DNA of 64,000 nucleotides from Mytilus californianus (lineage: Eukaryota): the NCBI RefSeq assembly GCF_021869535.1, contig NW_026262701.1:110732001-110796000 (forward strand), written 5' to 3'. Under the pieces are notes generated by a model that ran no database searches, was not told where the DNA came from, and saw only the letters and a list, made by a program, of their open reading frames with translations. Of this stretch, positions 28,401 through 40,400 are shown in pieces. The stretch's first letter is position 1; every line of letters begins with the position of its first letter. Both the position numbers and the translations under genes were made by a program.

Positions 28401-31400
28401 TCCTGCAAAATATATGGATTTTCATACATACTATGTGGAACAGTTAATATTAACCAGGGGCTGCTGTTAATGAAATCCACGCTGTAGAGGTTTATTTGGT
28501 TTTTGACATACAAACATAAGTCTCCCTGTATGTGAAGCAATTCTGTCATGCTTGGCACTTTCCCTCACTAGTAGACGAATTTAAGTCTGAAATGGTCATT
28601 TCGATCTTTACATCATCTGAAAAGTCTGAACCATAAACTATTCAGTGATGTTAAGTCTTTGAGTCAATTTTCAGACTTATCTACTTCTGTTAATTCAGTA
28701 CTGTTCAGTAGCTTTTCAGACAATTCAGTATGATGTTGATGTATACAGGTAAATAAAAACTACTGAAAAGTTTTAACATAGAAGGAACATATTTTAATTT
28801 ACTTCAAGCTAATTATCTAAACAGTACTGAATTTACGGCAATGGAGAAGTTTAAAATTATACTGAAAGACTGAATAAATAATTGTTCAGTCTTTTAAGAG
28901 CTGTTCAGATCAAAATGGTTTACTAGTGCCTTCAATCCAATTTAAAACTTGGATTTTTTGTACTAATTCTTAATTTATTGACTGAAGAAATATTAAAAGC
29001 CATTTTTACTGTCCCTTTTGAAGTATGCAGAGATCACTAATCATTGTCTTCTAATAGCTTTCTTTAAGGTATGGGTCTGTCCATCATTTTAAAGTTGGAA
29101 AAATTACCTCTCCATAAGATAATATTCATTGTTATGTTCTGTGATCTTTGTTGGATTGCTGCCTCATTGGCAATCACATCACATTTCATTATTTTTATAC
29201 TTAATACTTACATCAGACAAACTCTTGGTGAGGAAGATTGTACCAGCATCAGGATCAATCCTGATTCTTATATCTACATTAAATACTTACATCAGACAAA
29301 CTCTTGGTGAGGAAGATTGTACCAGTATCAGGATCGATTCTAAACCTGTCTTCTGGGTTCTCTATAAGTGAGTATTGGACTTCAGCATTTGTACCCATAT
29401 CCTGATCTGTTGCTAATAATGATGTCACAACTTTGTTCACATCTAAACTTCGCACGATTGTTGGTGTGTAAACTGACGAATCAAACTTTGGTGGATTGTC
29501 ATTCAGATCGTCAATCGTGACCCAGAATGTACACAAACTATTTAACTTCCTGGTCTGTCCCTGATCCTCAGCCATGATGGTAAGAGGATAACCTCTCATG
29601 CCCTGTTCAGATTCCCGATCAAACATTACCCTGGATGTGACAGTACCATTGTCAGGATCTACATTGAAGCTCTGTGTCTTACCAGCTGGAGTTACAACAT
29701 GGTATTTTATTTTACCATTAAAACCTCTATCATCATCTTCTGCTTGTACCTGAAAATCAAATACAATGTATAACATATTTTACTTCAACCCATTAAGATC
29801 AAACTACTTTACTGCAAATACGTCATTTTATAAATACGAAATGTGTGGAGAATCGTCCATGAAACAGAAACCAATTGTTTGATATACTAATTACTTAATC
29901 TCAGCTTCTAGAGTTTTTGTGTTTGACTTATTATATAAGACACCTGTCTTCTGATGAAGACTGTGTGTGACCCATTAGATGTCACTTGGTTTTTTTTGTG
30001 TTGTTGGGTTGCTGTTTCATTGATAAAACCATAACTCATCTTATTCATACAAAAATCAAAAGGAAGAACTAGTAAACAGTAATGATATTGGTATTGTGGT
30101 TTGCATATGTAGAAATATCTTGTTGAGATCGGTTATCGAATTGGATGCACATCTTGTAATCAAGAATGTACACAAACTATCTAACCCTGATCTTAATAAG
30201 ATGAGACAATTTTCAGTCGGATAAATAAAAATCTTTTAAAATATAGATAAACAAGAATGTGCCCATAGTACATGGATGACCCACTCGCATTATTATTTTC
30301 TATGTACAGTGGACCATGAAATTGGGGTCAAAACTCTAATTTGGCATTAAAATTAGAAAGATCATATCATAGGGAACATGTGTACTAAGTTTCAAGTTGA
30401 TTGGACTTCAACTTCATCAAAAACTACCTTGACCAACAACTTTAACCTGAAGCGGGACAGACAAACGGACGGACGAACAGAAGGACGAACAAACGAATGG
30501 ACGGACGCACAGACCAAAAAACATAATGCCCATAAATGGGGCATAAAAAGCTTTTTTCTAACATTTTAATTGACTTTACATTAACTTTGACTATAAAGCT
30601 CTATCAAATTTTATAAGTAGATAAGCAAAGTTATAAACTGATATCATAATATGAAAACTGTAATGCACATGTAATTCTATTCCTTATTGTACATTTATTT
30701 AAACAAGAAATATCTATTATACCCTGACAACAAAGGTTCCAGGAGCCATATTTTCCATGATATGAGGAGCATAGCTACAACTAGGAAATCTTGGATTGTT
30801 GTTGTTGATATCCTTTATTTCTACCACAACATAGGAATCACTCCTAAGTTTAGGAAAACCTCCACAACAGCTACCATCATCATAAGCTGTGATATTTAAT
30901 GTGTATGAAGGGATATGAGCTGGTATTATGTTTGTTAATGTTATGAGACCAGATCTTGCATCAATTCTGAATGGTCCATTTGGTGCAACTGACAATTTAT
31001 CTAAAAGAGACAAAACATTTTTATAAAAAAAAATTATAATTGGTATTTTTGAAATATTTCTATATATTCCCAATGTATCTATTGTGATTTCTTCTGAATA
31101 TGCAGAATTAACAAATTACGAATACAGCAACTTTAATGACATACCCTTATGTTGGCAATATTGCTGATTATATTCAGTCGTCATGTCACATGACTACAAA
31201 GAACTTAGAATATAAATAATGAAATCATCTATCTTTTTCAACTACATGTATCATTTTGCTAAAGACCATCTTCTAGCCCTTTTTTTTTATGAATGAGTTA
31301 CCCCAGTTGACCCAAGGTCAACCAGCGAAAATGATATCATTGAACAATTGGTACTTACTGTGACGTTATAACATAAGTATTGTGACATTGGAATGTACAG

Positions 31401-34400
31401 GAAAGTGCAAGACTTTCAAAGCTTCTATATATGAGGCCCTTAAAATAATTCAGAACATCTTTAACGTTAGACTCTACTTTGTTGCTGGCAATAAATCCAT
31501 ACATCAAATGTGAATACAGGCTGTTTTCCTAACAAAATGAAAACATTGCTAAGTATGTCATACCTTAAACTCAAGAGACTTAAAGCTTACCTGTAAAGTA
31601 ATATTCCACATTATCACCATCTGGGTCGATTGCCTGTACAGTTTTGACATAGCTTCCAGCATTTTGGTCCTCACGTATAAAGGTATGAATATCCTCCTTA
31701 GTTTTACCAAACTCTGGGGGCTCATCATTAATATTTGTAACATATATGACAACATTGGCTAGACCTGATTTCTTAAATGGTCCAGCATCTGTGGCTGTTA
31801 CATTGAACTTGTACAAACGATCAGGTCGGAAGTCATAATCGAGTCTCCTAAAAACAAAAAGTTGGCATTATAAATCATGAAAAAGACAAAGTATTTTAAG
31901 GTAATCTTATTCAAGTTTCATTGAATTGAATATAAAAATTCAACTATTTGCATCCAAACTTAGAGTATACTTATAAATCTTGCTCACAAAGTGCAAAGTA
32001 TTTCATTTTTGTATGTATCAATCAAATATCCACATGCTTCATTTGAAAAAAATGAGATTCCTTAAAACCATTTCCCTAAAACATCCTAAAATTCTATATA
32101 AGAAATGGTACCTGATGATGGTGCCCTAGGCAACGAAACATGTCAATGAATAAAATGCAGCAATCACTCAAGTGTTGTCGTTATAAGACTTTTTACATCC
32201 TAAAATTTTCTATATAATTTGAACATAAACTAACTTTGCTACTTTGATATCTCCAATGTATCGTCCCCTCTTATCCTGTCTGGTAACCACATAGAAATGA
32301 TCATCACTAACAGAGTAGGTCAGTTTGGCATTGTCCCCGGAATCTCTGTCTGTGGCAGCCACTGTAGAAGAAAACAACATGTTAAAGTAAATAATCTGCT
32401 GTGTGTCCCTTATTACCTGAAAAGTGGTTTTCAGTCAAATTTCTGTACTGGCAACAAAAAGAGTAATTATTGTATTTTACCGATAATGGTGTATGCTTCT
32501 TTTGAGTTCTTATTTCTAAACTGGAATTCAACCAAACAGTGAGTGTTTAATTTTCATTATTAATCATTTTTTTCAGGTAATTTGGATGTATAATAATATA
32601 GTTGAATTATGCTCATATATTGTATCTCTTAAACTTGCATGTCCACAAACAAACAATGGTAACTTTAAAATTTTAATAAGTTCTTATTCAAAAACTGATT
32701 AAAGTTATTTGCAAATTGAATTTTTCAAAAGACCTTTCCTAATTTGTAGGATTTAATTTTTGTGGACTACTTTAAAAGCCTCATGCTGACAATTCTAACG
32801 ATGAGCAAACCCATTTTTTGGGGTAGGCATGGTGGATGGTCATTTTTTAGGGGGTAAAACTCAATATTGATTCCTTGATATAAAGCCCCTTGGATTGAAG
32901 ACAATAGTTTTTAGTTTTTATTAGTATGATTGTTTTTTAGCTATGATTTTTAATAGAGTAGAAATTGTTTTTTATTAATTGCACTTATATTTTTGCAAGT
33001 TTAATTTTATCGTTAATTTTCAATACAATTATGTTGAAATAAAGTTACATTTTCGTCTGCTAAGATCAGTTAAAGATAATAGTATTTTCCAAAGAATTTA
33101 TTACAGTGTAGAAAGTTAATTGTTAATCTTAACGGGATTCCTAAATTTTATGACACCTTCAGTAGGTCAGTCTAGTCAGTTAGAGTTCAAATAATAGTCG
33201 TCTGCAAATGCAGCTGTGGCGATTTAATTACTTTGTTTTGATCATTTCTGGGAATCAGGTTAAATTAGTGTGAAATTTTATGTCAAATGTTCAGACGTAA
33301 ACAGATCGTCTTTATCATGCGATAAGTTAACATCGAAAACAATGTTGTGAAATTGTAATGCGCAATGATTGTAAATATTGTAAATATTGGATTAAAACGT
33401 AGTTATTAGCAAACATTCGAGTTAGTTATATGTTATGGATATAATAATGCTATTGGTATAACATTATCGTCGAACTCCCAAATCCCAAATCGTCGAACTT
33501 TATATGAACAATTTATTCCACTGCACAATTCAAATCGTCTCCGCAACATTTTGGTAGCAGAGCGTGGTTCAATGAACTGTAATCGTAATCGTATTGTGAG
33601 AAAATGAGTAATTGGGATTTGGAAATAGAAGCAGAGGCAAGCGAAGGAGACAAAATGGACGAAACCGTAATTGCTAAACCGGACGAAAGTGTACGATTAG
33701 AAGATCTAAAGAAGGAAAAAGCGAAAGCAAAATCGACATTCACAAAAACTAGACATTCATTACTACAAATTCTTGAAGAAGATTTTCCGGATCGTGAAGA
33801 AATAAAAGTATTTCAAGAGAAACTGATAAATGCGGAAGAAAAAGCGATGGATATTATGGGGAATATTTGTGATGAATATAAGCACAGGAATGATATACTA
33901 AATATGAAGAAAACAACAAAAGAGATGGAAAAAATGGAAGAGGAATTTACGGACGCAGAAAATGAGTGTCGTGATTATTTGATCGAGAGTAAGGTTGGGT
34001 CAAGCGTTGGTTCTAGTGTATCGAGAATATCGAAACGGGCTAATGTGAATTCCGGAAATAAAGTGGAAAGTAAACCTATAAATAAAGAAAAGGAAGTTAA
34101 ACCAGAATTTGAACAAACTACGAAAGAAGAAAATAACGACAAGCAATTAAATGAAACGAAATTTAGTTCAGAATTAGGACAGGATATGTGGAAACAGTTG
34201 AAAAGAGTTTCAATACCGGTTTTCACAGGAAATAAAAGGAATTATCAGAGCTGGAAAGCTGCATTCTTAGCATGTATTGACCAAGCACCGGCAACAAAGG
34301 AATATAAATTATTACAACTGAGACAATATGTGGAAGGTGAAGCTTTGCAAGTTATAGAAAATTTAGGACATTCAGCAGTTGCTTACGATGCTGCAAAGGA

Positions 34401-37400
34401 GCGTTTAGAAAGAAAGTATGGAGGACAAAGAAGACAAATAACATTGTATATCGAAGAACTTGAAAACTTTAAACCTATGAGAGAAGGATTCGCTAAAGAC
34501 ATAGAAAATTTTGCAGATTTACTGGATATAGCAGTTGTGAACTTGAAAGAAGCAGGTCGTTTTGAGGAGTTAAAGAATGGTTCTTTATACAACAAATTGC
34601 AGCGAAAGATGACAGAATCTATGTTGTCGAGGTATCATCGTTGGATATTTGAAAGCGGAAAAATAGAGTCAGTTGAATGTCTACGTGAATGGATTTTACA
34701 GGAAGCAGAGTTTCAAACTATAGCATCAGAAACTATACACGGATTAAGTGCGAACACCAGCAGCAATTCACAGCGGAATTATAAAGGAAATCGTAGGGAT
34801 GGATTTAGAACATTTTTTGGAGAATCGCAAAATAAAGAGAACATCGGAAATAGGGAATCAATAAAACATTTGTGCAAGTGTTGTAACGGTCATCATGGAG
34901 TCTGGAGATGTAATGAATTTCGGAAATTAACCGTTCACAAGAGATGGGAAACCGCAAAACGACTTCAGTTGTGTTATCGTTGCTTAGGACATGATCACGT
35001 TGGCAGACAGTGTCCGAGAAGTAGAGCGTGTAACTTGGGTGGATGCAAAGAAGTGCATAACAGACTTTTACATAGGGATAAACAATCGTTCAGTGAGCCA
35101 AAGGTTCCAGTGAGAACCGAATCGAAAACAAAACAGAACTATGCTACTGAAAAGAAGGAAGATACAGCCGCCGCCACTGAGGGGGAGAGTCAGAATCGCA
35201 CAATGATCGGCCGAGACAGAAAATCAAACTTCGTTACGCTTAGAACAGTACCCGTAATATTGAAAAATGGAAACCGTACCGTAAGCGTTAATGCATTACT
35301 GGATGACGCAAGTACGAAAACGTATATCAACGCTGATGTTGCCGCTGAATTAGGACTTCAGGGACAAGTTCAGAAAGTGACAGTTAATGTGTTAAATGAC
35401 AATGTCGAAACATTTGAAACTATGCCAGTCGAGGTTAGACTTCAAAGTCATAATGGTCAAACAGACGCCAAGATAGTCGCATTCACTACTAACCGTGTAA
35501 CCGGAAGTTTACAACCAGTTGATTGGAAACAACACGCTCGGAAATGGGAGCATCTTGCAGGGATTAAATTTCCGAATCTAGGACAAAGACCTACCGTTGA
35601 TATGTTGATTGGGCTGGACTATCCGGATCTACATTATTCTTATAGAGATATACGTGGTAAACCTGGAGAACCAATTGCTAGACTAACACCGTTAGGTTGG
35701 ACGTGCATCGGAGATCCGAATAGCGGACAGGAGCAGACACTATTTAACCGAACGTATTTTGCTCGTGGACATGAGAATCGAAATGATTTAGATAACATTG
35801 TAAGGAAGTTTTGGGAAATCGAAAATGTCAAAACACCAAGCGATAACGTATTTCTAAATAGTGATGAGCGAAAGGCATTGTCTATTGTAGAGCAATCTTT
35901 GGAATTTAAGGACGGACACTACGAAGTTAAAGTACCGTGGAAAGACGACACACCATTGTTACCGAACAATTACAACATGGCTTTGCATAGATTAGAAAAC
36001 ACAGAAAAAAGATTAAAGAAAGACCCGAGTATTGCAAAAGATTACACACAAACCATAGAGAAATACATTAAAAAAGGATATGTTCGAAAAGTGTCGGCAA
36101 AGGAGGAGACCGTAGCAGGAAAATGGTATTTGCCGCATTTCCCGGTGATTAGACCGGACAAGGAAACTACTAAAACGAGGATTGTATTTGATGCGTCTGC
36201 AAAGTTTCAGGGGATTTCGCTAAATGACACTATTCATCAAGGACCAAAGTTACAACAGGATTTATTTGATGTACTATTACGCTTCAGAAAGAATCCAGTT
36301 GCACTTGTTTGTGACATAGCCGAAATGTATTTGAGAATTAAAATTGCACCAGACGACAGACCGTTTCACAGATTTTTATGGCGTGCAATGAAAACTGAAC
36401 ATGTACCAGAGGAATATGAATTCAATAGTGTTGTTTTTGGAGTAAATTCGTCTCCATTTCAAGCTCAGTTTGTTTCTAGAAAACATGCCGAAATGACGAA
36501 AGATTCATATCCGCGAGCCGCCGAAACAGTTCTCAAATCTACATACATGGACGACAGTATGGACTCTGTAATCAACGATGAACAAGGCATCGAACTTTAT
36601 AATCAGCTATCACAGTTATGGGAAAAAGCAGGAATGTATGCACGAAAATGGCTTTCAAATTCAAAGGCAGTTTTGCAATGTATTCCAGAAGAAGATCGTG
36701 CGTCACAAGTCGATCTCGATGAGGGATATTTACCGTCCGTGAAAACTCTAGGAGTTATATGGCAGGCAGACAATGACATATTCACATTTAAAGCGAACCC
36801 ACCGGCAGATGATTTCAAATTTACTAAACGAAACATTCTAAGCAAAGTTGCTACGTTATTCGACCCGTTGGGATTTATTGCGCCGTACACAATAAGAGGA
36901 AAACTACTACTACAAGAGATGTGGACAGCAGGACTAGACTGGGACGACCAGTTAGACGAAATACTTGTTGAGAAATCAAGAGAGTGGTTCCGTGAACTTG
37001 ATGAACTATGTTGTATTAAAATACCGAGATGTTTGCAGTTAGACGATGACATTGTTTCAACGAGTCTTCACACATTCAGCGACGCTTCTCAGGAGGCTTA
37101 TGGTTCAGTGATATATGCTAGACACGAGTATAAGAGTGGCACGATATCTACGAGATTAATAGCAGCGAAATCGAGAGTTGCTCCGTTAACTTCAGTTAGC
37201 ATTCCACGACTTGAGTTGATGGCTGCAGTTTTGGGTTTAAGATTAGCACTTTCAGTTAAACACGCATTAGAAGTACCTGAGGATAACATGACATTCTGGT
37301 CAGACAGTATGAACGTTTTGTATTGGATAAGAGGTAGGAGTAGAGAGTACAAGCCGTTTGTAGCGAATCGAATCGGAGAAATTCACACTTCATCGCACCC

Positions 37401-40400
37401 TAAACAATGGCGACATGTGCCAACAAAGGTTAACCCAGCAGATTTAGTATCTAGAGGTAGGAAAATTGAACAATTACAGTCGGACGTAATTTGGTGGAAT
37501 GGACCGGAATTTCTTCAAGAAAAGGAACCGCAATGGCCGGAAACTAACATTCACATAGAAAACGTACGTGATACCGAACTTAAGTGTAAAAAGAAAACAA
37601 GCGATAAATTAACTAACTGTACTACACTGAAAAGTATTCACACTAGTGATTCAGATTGGCGTTTAGATCCCGTACGTTATTCAAGTTTTGTAAGACTAGT
37701 TCGTGTACATGCGTATGTATACAGATTTATTGACAATTGCAGACTAAAGCAAGAACAACGTCGTCAAGGAAGTTTATCTACCGTCGAATATGCAGATGCC
37801 GAACTGGAAATAATTAAAAATGCACAAAGGGAGGCATTTTCAGACGAATATAACGCTCTAATAAAAAGTAAAGATTTACCGAAAACTAGCAAATTATTAG
37901 GATTACAACCGCGAATTGATGAAAATGGATTAATCAGATGTGATGGACGTTTAGAGTACGCCGATTTTCTATCATTCGATGCTCGGTATCCGATTATATT
38001 ACCACGAAAACATTGGGTCACGAAGCTTATTGTGAAACGCTATCATGAACTTGGTAAACATGTTAGTGGGACAAATCAAATATTTTCAGCATTATCGTCA
38101 CGCTTTTGGATTATTTCAGGGAGAGAAGAAATAAGAGAATATGAACATGAGTGTTTTACGTGCCGTAAGAGGAAAGCTAAAGTTGCCGAGCAAGTTATGG
38201 CTCCGTTACCGGAAATTCGTTTCAAAACACCGTTACATGCTTTCGCTCGTACTGCAGTTGATTTTGGAGGTCCGTTCATAACAGTTCAGGGGAGAGGAAA
38301 ACGACGTCAGAAAAGATACTTATGTCTATTTACATGTTTAGCGTCACGCGCAGTGCATTTGGAAGTAGCATTTGGATTAGATACGGACTCATTTCTTAAC
38401 GCATTTTATCGGATGGTGAATAGGAGAGGTCTTCCTAAAGAGATAATTTCAGACAATGGAACTAATTTTGTTGGAGCAAATAGAGAACTGAAAGAACTAG
38501 TTGCGCTTTTAGACAATGATAAAATACAGAATTCAATAAGTAACCAAGGGATTAAGTGGCATTTTAATCCACCGCTTGCACCGCATTTTGGTGGTATTCA
38601 CGAAACAATGATAAAATCCGCAAAAAGGGCTATTTATGCAATATTAGGAAATGCAGATATTAATGATGAAGAACTTTTAACAGCATTTACCGGAGCTGAA
38701 GCGCTGATCAATTCGAGACCGCTTACGTACCAGTCAGCCGATCCGAAAGATGATACACCTTTAACACCAAATCACTTCTTACACGGACAATTAGGTGGTC
38801 ATTTCGCTCCAGAATCAGTTGATATTACTGATTTTAACCCGAGAAAACGCTGGAGAAGAATACAGGAATTAATTAGACATTTCTGGAAACGTTGGATTAG
38901 AGAATGGTTGCCGGGACTAAACAAACGTGACAAGTGGACTAAAACGAAAAGGGACATGAAAACCGATGATATTGTGCTTGTCATGAACCCGAACGTTCCG
39001 AGAGGACATTGGCCGCTTGGCAGAATAATCGAAGTTTTCCCCGGAAAAGATGGACATGTTCGAGTTGCAAAAGTTTCACTTGGACAAACTGTATTAATAA
39101 GACCGATAACAAAACTGTGTCCGTTAAACATCGAAACCTCCGAAAATGACAGTGATAAATAATTGAAGTAATGTGGACATATAGTTTCATTTTAATCTAG
39201 ACAGTTAAATATTTTGAAATAGTTTTAGATTTGATAATTTGAACTTAGATCAGAGACAGTTTTATATCGTTTAATAATTGTTTTGTTTGATTAGCTTAGA
39301 GCAATCAAGAGGGGGAGAATGGATTGAAGACAATAGTTTTTAGTTTTTATTAGTATGATTGTTTTTTAGCTATGATTTTTAATAGAGTAGAAATTGTTTT
39401 TTATTAATTGCACTTATATTTTTGCAAGTTTAATTTTATCGTTAATTTTCAATACAATTATGTTGAAATAAAGTTACATTTTCGTCTGCTAAGATCAGTT
39501 AAAGATAATAGTATTTTCCAAAGAATTTATTACAGTGTAGAAAGTTAATTGTTAATCTTAACGGGATTCCTAAATTTTATGACACCTTCAGTAGGTCAGT
39601 CTAGTCAGTTAGAGTTCAAATAATAGTCGTCTGCAAATGCAGCTGTGGCGATTTAATTACTTTGTTTTGATCATTTCTGGGAATCAGGTTAAATTAGTGT
39701 GAAATTTTATGTCAAATGTTCAGACGTAAACAGATCGTCTTTATCATGCGATAAGTTAACATCGAAAACAATGTTGTGAAATTGTAATGCGCAATGATTG
39801 TAAATATTGTAAATATTGGATTAAAACGTAGTTATTAGCAAACATTCGAGTTAGTTATATGTTATGGATATAATAATGCTATTGGTATAACATTATCGTC
39901 GAACTCCCAAATCCCAAATCGTCGAACTTTATATGAACAATTTATTCCACTGCACAATTCAAATCGTCTCCGCAACACCCCTGAATCTAGTAATCTAGTT
40001 CAAATTAATTGATGCATCATTACAGACTCAATTTACCATACATTATATGCTTTCTCATAGAACTGATGTGTTTACATAACTACTAAAAGAGTAAAGGTGT
40101 TCCAAAACAGGACACCTCTCAGGCTCTGACTCAATTGTTAATAAATGAATATACCACCAAGAATGTAATTTATATATTTAGAATGTAATCTAAATCATTT
40201 ATGACCTTACCAGAAAACAATGTGGTGTTGACAGGTGTCCCTTCCGAGGTGGTATTTGTATAGGTTGATAGTTCAAAGGTCGGGTCATTGTCATTAACAT
40301 CTATCAAATTGACTCTCAGCTGAAATCAGATACCATATATATATTAGATCATTTTGCATAAATGTATATAGGTACTTTTAAAGAGCATATCCTTACTACA

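Larger units (their letters stand above)
32891..39977 (+). mobile_element. Full-length BEL/Pao (Belpaoviridae) LTR retrotransposon, 7087 bp
   Basis: TG...CA LTRs, 5-bp TSD CCCCT (32886-32890 and 39978-39982), PBS, PPT, single gag-pol ORF. Confidence 0.97.

Noticed and set aside
33513-39190. Antisense ORFs within the retrotransposon
   Set aside because: Short shadows of the long gag-pol frame, without motifs.
39163-39319. Possible env gene
   Set aside because: Only 157 bp lie between the pol stop and the 3' LTR.
32891-39977. Steamer-like (Ty3/Gypsy) identity
   Set aside because: Triple Cys/His knuckle, RIVFDAS, PRLEL/NPAD RNase H and the WPLGRI C-terminus are BEL/Pao hallmarks.
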